From the sequence record NZ_CP041047.1: a DNA stretch of 64,000 nt, one strand, 5' to 3'. Source of the DNA: a plasmid. Made by a program: the position numbers and the translations under genes. A model generated the notes under the pieces. It saw only the letters and a program-made list of their open reading frames with translations. It ran no database searches and was not told the origin of the DNA. The first letter of the stretch is position 1, and each line of letters opens with the position of its first letter. Positions 29,692 through 40,318 of this stretch are shown piece by piece.

Positions 29692-31001
29692 TTCAGCTCC
29701 TCAAAATCTTTGCGCGAGTATTCATCATTAATGAATCGCTTACTGTCGGCTGTCACAATGCTGGGCACGTTTATCAAACCATAACGTTCGGCCATGCCTG
29801 GCTGAATCATGTATAGCCTTGCGAAATCACCGTATTCTTTCTTGGTGTCACGGAAGGTCTGCCAGCCATCACCATACACGTTTGTCGTGACCAGTATTGG
29901 CGTGAGGGAGGCAGGTGTATGTTCAAACTGATACCTGGCGAACTGGCGTTGCCATTCTTCACGTGCATCGAAAAAGATTAGCTTGATGGTAAATGGCATC
30001 ACAGTTAGCGGGTTAAATCGCCCCCGTTTCGCAACGATATCACCGTTAGGTGAAGTAATGTTTTGAGGGATAATGACCGTCGGATCGATGGTTCTGGTAG
30101 TTCGCTTTGTCGCTTCCGGGAATTCCTGGAAAACCTGGCGGGGCCAGTAGTTATCAATGGCCTTTTTCTTCATGCCATCAAAATCGAGTTTCGCGACACT
30201 TTCCTGTAATTCATCAATAAGGTTCTTCTCCACGACCCCAACTGCGGGCCCGGCCACACCAAGGTCGCCGGTCTTGTCTTTCAGGTACGCGATGTCATAG
30301 ATGCCTGTCACCCTGGCCACCAGCTCACCATCTTTTTCATGGATAATGGTTGGTACAGAGCTGACGTTGTAGTTTTTGAATACAGTTGGATCAAGGTTTA
30401 CGGCAAGAGATGACTTGGAGTCGAAGGAAAGTCTCTGCCAGTGAGTCAGTTCATCAAGCAGGTTCTTTTTATCTTTCGCCCCCTGGACAACCAGCGCGAT
30501 ATCCGTGCGTCCATCATATAACTTGAGAATGTCGGTGATTTCAGCATCGCTTAGAGACGCGGAGACGAGAATATAAATAAAATCACCGACTGGCTTATTT
30601 TGTTTCTCGTTAGTCATATCAGACTTTGCTAGCGCACCTCTTACTGCATCATCGACTAGTTCATCTGTATTTTTATACTCGGGCATTTCACCCATCATTT
30701 TTCGATTATCTTTAACCGTGTCAGTAGCCTGGTCGGTAGCGACATTTTGATTATCACGAGCCGCTTTGATGAGACTGTCAATATCTTTCAATTCAGTAGC
30801 AGATAATTGACGCTTAGCTTTTTGAATGTCGGTGACCGAATAGTTATTAGCCGGTCTGGTCGGAATGTTATCTAAGTTGGCTAACGGCCTTGACGGTAGA
30901 TCACTTAAATCAATACCAGAGCTTTCGGCCCAGGTTGGGGTGCAAACAACAGCGGTTACAAATGGCAGTATTGAAAGACGAAAAGGTGTTTTTTTTACCA
31001 T
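29688..31001 (-). CDS. traW: TrbC/TraW fusion-type pilus assembly protein (TrhW-like)
   Basis: 437 aa periplasmic protein between the S26 peptidase and traU, as in the IncHI and SXT lineage. Confidence 0.55.
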   Translation of the reverse strand: MVKKTPFRLSILPFVTAVVCTPTWAESSGIDLSDLPSRPLANLDNIPTRPANNYSVTDIQKAKRQLSATELKDIDSLIKAARDNQNVATDQATDTVKDNRKMMGEMPEYKNTDELVDDAVRGALAKSDMTNEKQNKPVGDFIYILVSASLSDAEITDILKLYDGRTDIALVVQGAKDKKNLLDELTHWQRLSFDSKSSLAVNLDPTVFKNYNVSSVPTIIHEKDGELVARVTGIYDIAYLKDKTGDLGVAGPAVGVVEKNLIDELQESVAKLDFDGMKKKAIDNYWPRQVFQEFPEATKRTTRTIDPTVIIPQNITSPNGDIVAKRGRFNPLTVMPFTIKLIFFDAREEWQRQFARYQFEHTPASLTPILVTTNVYGDGWQTFRDTKKEYGDFARLYMIQPGMAERYGLINVPSIVTADSKRFINDEYSRKDFEELK

Positions 31002-31606
31002 AATGGATACGCTCGGCCTATAATTTGCGACTCGTCTAATGATCCCCAGTATCGGGAATCAAAACTGTATCTGGTGCGCCCCATCATCCACAGGCGACCA
31101 TTCGGTACGACTCCACTACGCGTGAGCTCCTGTTCGGTGTGGCCAGACTCTGCTGCTAATGCCAGTCCCTCGCCGACCATAGAGCCGTTAATTGCAGTCT
31201 CTTCGGGATCAACGGATACTTTGTCTCCCGCAATGCCATCAACTATTTTCAGTCCTTTGCCATAAGGTTGCATTAGCTCAGAATGAAAGGCGTAAATTTT
31301 CCCCTTGACGATAGATTTGTCCATTTTATCGACGAGATATATTCGGTACGGAGGAAGACATTGGTTATTTTGTGGATCGATACCAATCTCGTACCGGTTA
31401 AGCACGTATAGCGTCAGCGGTGCGGTTAAGAAAATAACAACAATGCTGAAAACAATATGTTGCCTCCAGCTTCGCTTTTTACGAAATATTAAGCTCCATA
31501 CCGATTTGGGTGTGTTCATTCGTCCACCACTATTACTGAGTACTGATGGTCTGAGGGATCTGGAGCCCTGTTGGGTAGCTATAAAGTGCTGAGGCATTGA
31601 GCACAA
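30995..31606 (-). CDS. S26-family signal-peptidase-like transfer protein (TrhP / RP4-TraF-like). True start probably about 31519.
   Basis: GRTRYSFDSRYWG signal peptidase I box. Confidence 0.65.
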   Translation of the reverse strand: MCSMPQHFIATQQGSRSLRPSVLSNSGGRMNTPKSVWSLIFRKKRSWRQHIVFSIVVIFLTAPLTLYVLNRYEIGIDPQNNQCLPPYRIYLVDKMDKSIVKGKIYAFHSELMQPYGKGLKIVDGIAGDKVSVDPEETAINGSMVGEGLALAAESGHTEQELTRSGVVPNGRLWMMGRTRYSFDSRYWGSLDESQIIGRAYPLW

Positions 31607-31802
31607 GATATCCCGCCTTTGAAAGCTTCTCAGCGCGAGCTAACACCAACCTTGACTGGGCTTCACCTAACGGGTGACCTTTATCATCCATAAAGTTGAT
31701 GACTGCTACATAGTCATAGGGCGAGGCTGGTGGGAATAACCGCCCAAAAAGGGCGGCTCCGATGAAACCAAACAGCAGGGCGATTGCAGCGGTTTTAATC
31801 AT
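31533..31802 (-). CDS. Small membrane protein between traC and the peptidase
   Basis: 89 aa, N-terminal TM. Confidence 0.3.
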   Translation of the reverse strand: MIKTAAIALLFGFIGAALFGRLFPPASPYDYVAVINFMDDKGHPLGEAQSRLVLARAEKLSKAGYLVLNASALYSYPTGLQIPQTISTQ

Positions 31803-34285
31803 GCGGCTAACCCCCGCTCAACCAGGATTTCGTTGATAGCCTCTTCGGTATTAATCCCCCGGGACTTTCTGTCCTTTATCGCGGCAACGTCTTTCGGGTC
31901 AGTCGAATAGAGCAGTAAGCTGAACGGGTCAACCACAAGCCTGCAAATACCCTGGCCTGCTTTCGATATGACAAAGATTTCAGAATAAACACCTTTCGTG
32001 GAACGGACAGTTTTAAGGAACCGATAACCGGCCTCGTCCAGCGCCAGACGTTTATTAGCTTCGGCTTCGTTAACTGCGGATTCACTTTGCCCCAGCAAGA
32101 GCATAAAGGCTGAGTTATCTGCGATCGATTTCCCGATACTATCTTTGTAAATATCGTTGATAGACTGGGTGATGGTAATTGCAGCTCCATTATATTTACG
32201 GAACCGACGATAGCCCTTCTCGATGAATGCCCCGATATTTCCTGATAACAACGCCCAGGCCTCATCGATGATGACCAGCTTCATCTGGCTACGGTCGCCC
32301 ATGAACATGTCCTGCTGGATTTGATAAATCAGCTGAAGGAGGACAACCTGTTTAAGGTGTTCTGAACTTTCAAGTCGGGAAAGCTCAAGTACAGTGAACG
32401 GGTTTTTGAAGTCGATATTGTTCTTACCAACAAAGTATTTCCCGTACTGGCCCGCACTCGTGAACGGATAGAGCTGATGGCCAATTCGTTTAATGTCTGG
32501 ATCTTCATCATGTAGCAGTGAATCAGCAACCATATCAACGGTGGTCTCTTTCTTGTGTACACGGACAAGATCAGCTACGTGTTGTTTAAGTCGAGACTCT
32601 TCGAATGAATTCAGACCTTCTTTAGGCGCGGCCATCACCGATAACAATCCAATGATCAGATCTTCTTCACCACCACTGGAGTCATCATCTTCAGACTCGC
32701 CGAAATAGTCTTCGATCAGTTCGAAGAAGTTAAGGCATGGCCTGGTTTTGGGATTGAAGTCGAGATAATCGCCCTGGTAGGTCTCACAGATGTTTTTGTA
32801 CGAGTCACCTACATCAATACACCATACTTTAGCCCCGAGGCTTCTGTAGGCGGTGATAATGTAGTTTGTCAGGAATGACTTACCAGACCCTGATTCAGCT
32901 GCGATACAGGCGTTATAGTTAGTATCAGAATCAAACAAGTCCAGTGATTGGATCTGGCCAGAGCGGGATGTCAGCATTAAGGCGGGTTTGTCCGTACCTT
33001 GCCAGTCAGCATAGAGAGGCGAAAGTACCATCGCTTCACTGAGTGCCATTGTACGATATCGGCCAATGGACTTTTCTGCTGATGCTTCGTTAAACATTGG
33101 CAGAGCAGACAGGAAAATTGGCGCAACATAGTAGGTATCTGGGATCATCTTAAACTGATAGGTGTTCAGATAACTAGCTGCTTCCTGAGCAGCGCGTAAC
33201 ACACCATCTTTTGAGTTCGAGAAAATTGATACCGTAAATTTGGCTTTGCAAATTGGGTCGTTGTTATCAACTTTCTCGCTCAGAAGATCGAAGCCTTCAC
33301 GCAAGTTAATCAATGATGGAACCCACTTAATTAATGGGCCACTGGTTTGCTGAACAACCCAGTTACGTTTCGATGTGAACTTAGTTTTTTCACTTTGCTG
33401 ATCAAAGAAAATCAGGCTCATTGAAATGATGCAGGATGATTTAATGCCGGTGACACCGCTCATCATATCGCCGAGGAAGTATTGCGCTTGCCCGGGAAAG
33501 AATCTTTTCGGGAATTTTCGCGCACTCAATGTTTTCACAAACGTTGTCGGTGTAGGTGCTTCCCCTCGAAGCTCGGAATCTGTCGGGTCACCAAAACCGC
33601 AATAGTCTTTCTTAATGAAAAACATGCGGTCGTGGTCGACTAACTGTTCTGAAATGTATTTATCTTCTTGTGGCTGCACCGGCGTCCGGTCTCGCCAGGA
33701 GGCGCTTTCGCCCTGGTTGCAAATGGAGCTCAATACATCGATGTAACTTTCGCGTGTCAATGCACCGGGACACAAACCGGTGATGCTCAGCGTCGTTTCG
33801 AACACATTTCGCAGTTCGTTCACGTGATTGAATTCTTCTTCACGCATTTCATAGTTATATTTGATCGGAATTTTTACTGTAATGAGAAGCACACAATTTC
33901 GGACACGAGTGCCGGTTCGCTTCATTGGCGATTCGGTACTTTTTAGAAGGAATTTAGAGCGGTTATAAATTGCGTTACGCAGGATTGCGTCTCGACAATC
34001 CATACGCAATACATCCATCCGGTTAATTTTCTGTACGATGTTTGGGCTTGCAACCAGGTCAAACTGAACGATAGTTTTGGCGGGGAAATTGGAAGACAGC
34101 AACGTTTGAAGGTTAGTCATCTCCTTGCCGGTTGTCCCGCTTAAGGGACGACATACAAATCCGAAGCCAACATATTTGTTGTCGCACATAAACAAATGAT
34201 TGGATTCGTCATACGCACGAACAGGACACAAGTCAGAAAAACGTTTCAGGTTCTTGAGTCGCTGAAAAATTAAAGATTCACTCAT
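31799..34285 (-). CDS. traC: TraC/TrhC VirB4-family conjugative ATPase
   Basis: 828 aa. Walker A ESGSGKS. Follows dsbC. Confidence 0.8.
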   Translation of the reverse strand: MSESLIFQRLKNLKRFSDLCPVRAYDESNHLFMCDNKYVGFGFVCRPLSGTTGKEMTNLQTLLSSNFPAKTIVQFDLVASPNIVQKINRMDVLRMDCRDAILRNAIYNRSKFLLKSTESPMKRTGTRVRNCVLLITVKIPIKYNYEMREEEFNHVNELRNVFETTLSITGLCPGALTRESYIDVLSSICNQGESASWRDRTPVQPQEDKYISEQLVDHDRMFFIKKDYCGFGDPTDSELRGEAPTPTTFVKTLSARKFPKRFFPGQAQYFLGDMMSGVTGIKSSCIISMSLIFFDQQSEKTKFTSKRNWVVQQTSGPLIKWVPSLINLREGFDLLSEKVDNNDPICKAKFTVSIFSNSKDGVLRAAQEAASYLNTYQFKMIPDTYYVAPIFLSALPMFNEASAEKSIGRYRTMALSEAMVLSPLYADWQGTDKPALMLTSRSGQIQSLDLFDSDTNYNACIAAESGSGKSFLTNYIITAYRSLGAKVWCIDVGDSYKNICETYQGDYLDFNPKTRPCLNFFELIEDYFGESEDDDSSGGEEDLIIGLLSVMAAPKEGLNSFEESRLKQHVADLVRVHKKETTVDMVADSLLHDEDPDIKRIGHQLYPFTSAGQYGKYFVGKNNIDFKNPFTVLELSRLESSEHLKQVVLLQLIYQIQQDMFMGDRSQMKLVIIDEAWALLSGNIGAFIEKGYRRFRKYNGAAITITQSINDIYKDSIGKSIADNSAFMLLLGQSESAVNEAEANKRLALDEAGYRFLKTVRSTKGVYSEIFVISKAGQGICRLVVDPFSLLLYSTDPKDVAAIKDRKSRGINTEEAINEILVERGLAA

Positions 34286-34312
34286 AATGCCTCCAGGATT
34301 CCCAAGAAAGTG

Positions 34313-35161
34313 TTACTTGTTCTCGATAAAGTTTTTGAGGCCTTGTTTTGGTGAGCCGAGTACGTAGGAGCCGTCATCACGTACAATGAAAGGGATCATG
34401 CTGACACCTAGTATCTGAGCCGTAACTTCACGTCGAGCCAGAGCCTGCATATCGCAGTTCTTTACCTGGTCGAATTTCTGAGCGGAATTGCCGCTAATAA
34501 TTGCGCGGTCTGCGCGGTAGCGGTCGGATGCGCAATACAATTCAATATTTCGCTGCTGGCTTGCCGGGCCCAGAGCTCCGAGCGACAGAACGCTAACGGT
34601 GAATTCTTTCGGGTCTAGGTCAGCAAGTGCGGAAAGCGGGGCTGCACAGGCTTCACAACCTGGTGCGGTAAATATCATCACCTTTTTAGGCCCATCGCCC
34701 CATACGGCGGGGCGCAAGTCCGCAATATTCAGGTTCAGCTCTTTCATTGGGATGATGCTGGCGTTTTTGGTTATTTCACTCATGGTGGTCAGGGGTTTTT
34801 TAGCCCATGTATCATAGAGCGTTCCCTGGATAACAAAGCGGCCATTTGAAGAAAGTAAATTAACTTTCCCATCAATCTCTAATGCGATGATGCCGTTAGT
34901 CGGAACGACAAAACGTTTTACTTCCTGCGAATTCTGAGGAATGTTCTTGAACGCTTTTTCATTGAAAATCGTATCGATATTCCCGGTGTTCGTTTTTACT
35001 GTATCGGCGAATACAGAAGTTGATGCAGAAAGTGCCACCAAAAGTGCCGCAGTCGCGACATGTTTGATAAAGTTCATAGTAACCGCTCCAAATGAGAGAG
35101 GTTTCATTTTCACATATTGATTTATTTTGCCGCAGGAAAAAGGACTGCAAACTGTCCCCAA
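34313..35161 (-). CDS. dsbC: DsbC-like periplasmic thiol:disulfide isomerase
   Basis: Signal peptide. CxxC motif GCEAC. Sits upstream of traC as in SXT and IncA/C. Confidence 0.6.
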   Translation of the reverse strand: MGTVCSPFSCGKINQYVKMKPLSFGAVTMNFIKHVATAALLVALSASTSVFADTVKTNTGNIDTIFNEKAFKNIPQNSQEVKRFVVPTNGIIALEIDGKVNLLSSNGRFVIQGTLYDTWAKKPLTTMSEITKNASIIPMKELNLNIADLRPAVWGDGPKKVMIFTAPGCEACAAPLSALADLDPKEFTVSVLSLGALGPASQQRNIELYCASDRYRADRAIISGNSAQKFDQVKNCDMQALARREVTAQILGVSMIPFIVRDDGSYVLGSPKQGLKNFIENK

Positions 35162-35222
35162 AAAAAGAGATGTAGTGAAATGTTAATATTGATTTTGATT
35201 ACTCAATTAATCCAAATAAAAA

Positions 35223-35240
35223 AGCCACTAAAAAGTGGCT
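35223..35240. terminator. Bidirectional terminator after the adhesin gene
   Basis: agccactaaaaagtggct hairpin with flanking A and T runs. Confidence 0.55.
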
Positions 35241-35261
35241 TTTTTTATTCATGCTTTATTA

Positions 35262-36611
35262 TTACTGGAAGCCAACCGCAAATCCTGCACCAGCTCCAAC
35301 ACCACCGGCTGTATCTGCCGACATGCTAAAGCGGACGTTTACTTTTTCGTTGATAGCGTAATTTGCACCGCCCGAAATTGCTCCCTGGTCTCGGTACGCG
35401 CCCATTGCCATACCAAAGCCAGAAACGTTATTGAGGAAGGGAATAGACGCGATAGCAATAGCGCTCGCTGAGCCTGCTTTTGCTCTTTTATCATTACGGT
35501 CAACCGTCTTTTTAAGGTCAGAGAACTTCTGGTTTGTGTAGCTATTGGCTGAAGCCAGAGTCTGGCGGTCACCGTCAATCCGCGACTGGCGCTCAGTATC
35601 GACAAGGATATCAGTTCTGGAGTTGATGACAGCTTCACGGGCATCTGTATGACTGTTTGCACTTAGCAGTGTTTGAGCATCCCCAGTAACCCGGGATGCG
35701 CTTTCTGTTGCAATAAGACTATCAGTTCGGGCGTTAATCGACACTTCGCGCTCGTCGGTATAAGTATTAGCATCCGTTGCAGCCTGGTTATTGTCGTTAC
35801 TGCTACCAGCCCCTGTACCGCTTCCTGTCCCGTTGCCGTCCGTACCGTTATTGTCATTTCCTCCGGTAATAGGTGGCGTTGTGTTAGAACCAGATCCAAT
35901 GGATGAGAGGTACGAACTGATAGCACTATCGGTGTATGCCTGAAGCGAACTAACCGAATTCATGAGCTGGCCATAGTTCACAGCATCATACCGGCTGGAA
36001 CCATCTGCTACATTAGTCAGCGTTCTTTGTACCGTTGATGATCCAAACGATACTGTATCTGCGCTATTGGAGATCGAACCGTAACCAATGGCAATACCAC
36101 CATTGGAAGCCGATGCGTAATTACCAATAACGATTGCGTTATCATCGGAAACAGTATTGTAGTTACCCAGTACGATTGATTCATCTGAATCAGTAATGGT
36201 ATTAATCGTCCCGATTGTGATGTTGCCGAATTTAAAAGGCACGGAGGGGTCACCAAATGGAGACGCTGTAATATTGTTAAGTGAACCTATTGTCAAAGCA
36301 TAGGAACCACCACTCAATGTGTTGAATGTGCCGATTATTGAACCTGCATAATTAGTAACAGTGTTTCTTGAACCGAGAATTGCGCCCATACCTACAGTAT
36401 CCAGATCGTTATAACTACCCATGACCTGTATTGCACTTCCTTTTATCTTGTTGCTATACCCCATTATATCAACGTTAATGCCATAAACGTCATTAGCACT
36501 GCCGAAAATATTTAATCCTTGTAAATATGTACCAGTATTGTAATTACCATATACGTTAAAACTGTTTGCATAACTAGACCAACTCAAGCTTGGATCATAT
36601 GTGTAGTCAAG
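35262..36611 (-). pseudogene. C-terminal part of a trimeric-autotransporter (YadA-like) adhesin gene disrupted by an IS. The reading frame is open up to the IS boundary.
   Basis: YadA-head-like repeats (NAIVIGNYASASNGGIAIGYGSIS). Neck-like RTLTNVADG. Beta-rich C-terminal anchor. Confidence 0.55.
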
Positions 36612-36629
36612 TGAATCGCCACGGATAAT

Positions 36630-37442
36630 CTAGACACTTCCGAGCCGTTGATAATACTGGTTTTCATATTCTGTCGGTGACATCTGTTCGCTAGAACCAT
36701 GCCGACGCTTACTGTTATAAAACATTTCGATGTAATCAAAAATATCACTGCGGGCTTCTTCCCGCGTTCCGTAGATCTTTTTCTTTATCCGTTCACGTTT
36801 CAACAACTGGAAAAAACTTTCTGCAACCGCATTATCATGGCAGTTACCGCGACGGCTCATGCTGCCCTCCAGGCCGTGTGATTTCAGGAACGACTGCCAC
36901 TCATGGCTTGTGTACTGACTGCCCTGATCCGAATGAACCAGCACCTGTTTTTCGGGATTACGCCGCCATACAGCCATCAGCAGTGCGTTCAGGACAATGT
37001 CCTTTGTCATCCGGGGTTGCATGGACCAGCCGATAATTTTGCGTGAGAACAGATCAACAACAACGGCAAGATACAGCCAGCCTTCGTGGGTCCTGATGTA
37101 GGTTATGTCCGTTACCCAACGCTCATCAGGAGCATCCGGATTGAACTGTCGCTGGAGCCTGTTGGGTGACACGATACTGGCCTCGCCTTTACGTGCCCGC
37201 GGGCTTCGGTATCCGACCTGAGCCTTTATTCCGACACGTTTCATCAGTCTCCAGACTCTGTTGACTCCGCACTGTTGCCCGCTGTCACGCAGATCCAGAT
37301 GGATTTTGCGATAACCATAGACGCATCCCGATTCCAGCCAGAACTGTTTAATCTGTCCTGTCAGTCTCAGGTCTGCCTGATGGCGTTGTGAATGCGGCTG
37401 CTGAAGCCAGGCGTAAAAACCACTGGGATGAACATCCAGCAC
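36630..37442 (-). CDS. IS3-family transposase OrfB (DDE catalytic domain). Expressed as an OrfAB fusion by a -1 frameshift.
   Basis: DDE region HSDQGSQYTS...CHDNAVAESFF. Confidence 0.8.
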   Translation of the reverse strand: MLDVHPSGFYAWLQQPHSQRHQADLRLTGQIKQFWLESGCVYGYRKIHLDLRDSGQQCGVNRVWRLMKRVGIKAQVGYRSPRARKGEASIVSPNRLQRQFNPDAPDERWVTDITYIRTHEGWLYLAVVVDLFSRKIIGWSMQPRMTKDIVLNALLMAVWRRNPEKQVLVHSDQGSQYTSHEWQSFLKSHGLEGSMSRRGNCHDNAVAESFFQLLKRERIKKKIYGTREEARSDIFDYIEMFYNSKRRHGSSEQMSPTEYENQYYQRLGSV

Positions 37443-37498
37443 CCGACAGAGCAGGCGAACAGGCCAGCAACAGGAGTTGTCACGGATAAAGGCGTACC

Positions 37499-37783
37499 TC
37501 AGTCGGACAGCTTTGCGAAGTACGCCGCGGCTTTTTTTAATATGTCCCGTTCGTCAGTAACCCGCTTCAACTCCTTCTGGAGTCGGCGGATCTCGGCCTG
37601 AGCATCTGACTGTTCTTTGTTAGTGGATGAGTCCGGACCGTACTTCTTTATCCAGGCGTAAAGGCTGTGGGTGGTGATATCGAGACGTGTTGCCACGCTG
37701 GCAACAGAATAACCGCGATCAACAACCTGTTTGACTGCTTCAGTTTTAAACTCTTCGGGATAACGCTTACCGCTCATGGGCAC
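37499..37783 (-). CDS. IS3-family transposase OrfA (HTH)
   Basis: MSGKRYPEEFKTEAVKQV... typical IS3 OrfA with a leucine zipper. Confidence 0.8.
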   Translation of the reverse strand: MPMSGKRYPEEFKTEAVKQVVDRGYSVASVATRLDITTHSLYAWIKKYGPDSSTNKEQSDAQAEIRRLQKELKRVTDERDILKKAAAYFAKLSD

Positions 37784-37837
37784 CTCTCTTTAAGCCATCT
37801 TAAATGACTCTGAGGTGTCTGTTAAACCCGTGGCGAT

Positions 37838-38095
37838 TCAAAGTTTATTATTATTACCAGTTATAACGTAGTTTGATAGACCAGTTATAATGTTATAACT
37901 ACCATTAACGCTTGACGGCCCATCAGGTACTTCGCATTTGTCAGAATGTGTACATTGAGATAGTCCAGTAACACTATTCTCATCACCAATTACAGTAACT
38001 TTGTCAATTTGGTGTTCATCAATTGTGTTATCTGCATAGGCAGCGGCACAATGAAGTGCCAGAACAATAGCAATATATAATGACTTTTGTTTCAT
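37838..38095 (-). pseudogene. N-terminal part (signal peptide plus start of the head) of the same adhesin gene. The stop codon is supplied by the IS terminus.
   Basis: The ORF ends with the TGA formed by the IS terminal TCA. Signal peptide MKQKSLYIAIVLALHCAAAYA. Confidence 0.5.
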
Positions 38096-38192
38096 GTGCT
38101 TTACCTTTATCAGTGATGGGTATTAAAAAGACGACCAAGGAATACAGCACATAAAAAAAAGTAGTACCGGTTATACCGGTACTACCGGTCAA

Positions 38193-38759
38193 TTATTTAA
38201 TGTAACTCCCTTTCTGAGGTGGTTGCGATGTCTCACCCTGGGATTGCGCTGGTACAGCGGCAACCGGTGCAGACATCGGTCTGATAACAGCAGTTGACGT
38301 GGCACTATTTCTTGCACCTACCTCCCAACGACGCGGCTCAATCTCGGTATAGACGTAGCCAGGGACGTTAAGGTCACCATCTGCGGTCTCATAGGGGTCA
38401 ACCAGCACCCGCATGACGATAGATTGTGTTCGGATGGGTTGAGGATCAGCAGCGGTAGCAGGCACAGGGACGTATCGACCACCATCGGCAGTATTCCGTC
38501 CACCGTTCTCAGCTGTAGTGCGAAGCCGCTTAACCTCCACAGGCTTTCCCGAAAGTTGGTTTTCAGATGCGGTGTCAATCTGCTCCTGATAATCATCTCC
38601 ATCGGTCAGGGCATACACATCTCGGACATTCATACATGTGACCGAATTGGGCATTCCCTTGCATCCATATTCATCGTTCTGGCCCAGTAGTGAGCAACCC
38701 GACATCGCAAAACCGGCACTAACTAAAAACAATGCCGATACAATTTTCTTCGTCATCAT
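38193..38759 (-). CDS. traV: TraV/TrhV outer-membrane lipoprotein of the transfer core
   Basis: Lipobox AMSGC. Conserved Cys pair. Immediately downstream of traB. Confidence 0.6.
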   Translation of the reverse strand: MMTKKIVSALFLVSAGFAMSGCSLLGQNDEYGCKGMPNSVTCMNVRDVYALTDGDDYQEQIDTASENQLSGKPVEVKRLRTTAENGGRNTADGGRYVPVPATAADPQPIRTQSIVMRVLVDPYETADGDLNVPGYVYTEIEPRRWEVGARNSATSTAVIRPMSAPVAAVPAQSQGETSQPPQKGSYIK

Positions 38760-40318
38760 TTCTTGCCCCCAACGGTTTGAGTTTTTGAAGTAACACGTGT
38801 GAATTTCAGCATGACCCCTTTTTGCACAATAAAATCAACACTACGGCCTGGATCAATTTCAATTACAGGGAAAAGGTCACCGGCCATTTGCATATAGAAA
38901 TCGGCAAGGCGATTCAATGCGCCACCTACGCCAGAAACAGCTGCGCCCTGGAGTGCGTCAGAGCTCATAACCTGCTGGTATGGAGTGGAATCGCTGCTAT
39001 CTCCATCGCGTTTAATACTGATTGTAGGAATGCTCTGGACATTAAAGAGCTGAGACGCTGCCTGTAGGAAGCCTGCGGTCAGGGCTCGCGCCAGGTATTG
39101 CCCTTGTTTGGTAACCAATCGACCACGAACGCCTGATTTACCATCTTCACCAACAGCGTATGCTACGAGTGGGGCTTCAAAAACCGCACCGTCATCCCGA
39201 ATGCACGTAATGACTTCCGACCTGAAATAAGCTCTTCCGGAAGACAAATCACCGAACCCAGCTGCAAGCATTCCGCATTCGCGTATATCTGCCCGGAAAC
39301 GGTTTGGAAGAATTGCATCCTTTTTCACCCTGGCCAGTGCCGGGTAAGGGTCTTTTCGTGCATCACGAGATGTTGGAGCATCCATCCCCGCAATCAAAAC
39401 AGTACTTATGATCGACGTTGCAGGAAGGTAGGTCTGGTTCTCGGGGTTATCATCTTCGTCAGCAACGGGGGCGGCTTCAATATCTTCCTGTACAGTGATA
39501 ATTTCAGGAGTTATCTGGCTTGGAACTGCTTTGCCATCCTTCCCTTTCTGCTGTCGCTGGTTTGCTGCGGGTTCCGGTACGACTGGGGGAGCCGCATCTT
39601 CGTATACGCGCTGTAATGTTTTCCCGTTATTGAAACTTCCTGAGTTTCTGGGCGTAACGGAAGGGGCTGATATCTCTTCAGGTTTATATAGAGTTGGGAC
39701 GTTACGTTGGCCGTTTCCAGCCAGTGGTGTCGCTCCGCGTGGCTGTTGTGAGTAAGGCACAGGGTTAGAGACGGTATCAACGCGTTTCTTAATAGCGGCA
39801 ACCTCAGCGCCTGATTTTTTCTGGCCGTTCTCCAGATTGCTAAGTCGCTGAGCTGTCTGGTCAGCACCATATTTTTCGGTTAACGCTTTAATCAGTTGGC
39901 CTTGATCTTTAATTGTCTTGTCGAGTGCGCGAATTCGCGCCGCAATAGCATTCTGGCTAACCCCATTGGTATCACCGTCGGTAAGGACGCTGGCAATCAC
40001 TTTTTCTTGTGGCGCACGGCTTCGGGGGCCAGCTGAGTCAGGGATAACCAAGAGCAAAAAAAGTATGGCGAAAGTCGTTACGCCAGCCCATATAACCCAT
40101 TTTTTATGCTTTGCTGAAATTGAGGCCCATTTCTCTTTTAAAGGGATAAGCATGATTTTACTCCGCGAGTTTAGGGCGCATGGAATCGTTAGCTTGTTCG
40201 TTTGGCTGGATGTTGCGGATAACGAAGTAAGCTTCAGTTCGCTGGCCAGGCTGGAGAGTGTTACGACTCCATAATGCTCTTGCTGCAAGCTGAGGGTGGG
40301 TGCAGAGTGATTCATCAA
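38756..40318 (-). CDS. traB: TraB/TrhB VirB10-like protein. True start likely about 40153.
   Basis: TM, Pro-rich region, conserved C-terminal domain. Order K-B-V. Confidence 0.65.
   Translation of the reverse strand: MMNHSAPTLSLQQEHYGVVTLSSLASELKLTSLSATSSQTNKLTIPCALNSRSKIMLIPLKEKWASISAKHKKWVIWAGVTTFAILFLLLVIPDSAGPRSRAPQEKVIASVLTDGDTNGVSQNAIAARIRALDKTIKDQGQLIKALTEKYGADQTAQRLSNLENGQKKSGAEVAAIKKRVDTVSNPVPYSQQPRGATPLAGNGQRNVPTLYKPEEISAPSVTPRNSGSFNNGKTLQRVYEDAAPPVVPEPAANQRQQKGKDGKAVPSQITPEIITVQEDIEAAPVADEDDNPENQTYLPATSIISTVLIAGMDAPTSRDARKDPYPALARVKKDAILPNRFRADIRECGMLAAGFGDLSSGRAYFRSEVITCIRDDGAVFEAPLVAYAVGEDGKSGVRGRLVTKQGQYLARALTAGFLQAASQLFNVQSIPTISIKRDGDSSDSTPYQQVMSSDALQGAAVSGVGGALNRLADFYMQMAGDLFPVIEIDPGRSVDFIVQKGVMLKFTRVTSKTQTVGGKK

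Larger units (their letters stand above)
36612..37840 (-). mobile_element. IS3-family insertion sequence, 1229 bp. Imperfect terminal IRs TGAATCGCCACGG... Flanked by the 3-bp direct repeat AAG.
   Basis: IRs read at both ends. TSD AAG at 36609-36611 and 37841-37843. orfA/orfB frameshift organisation. Confidence 0.8.
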
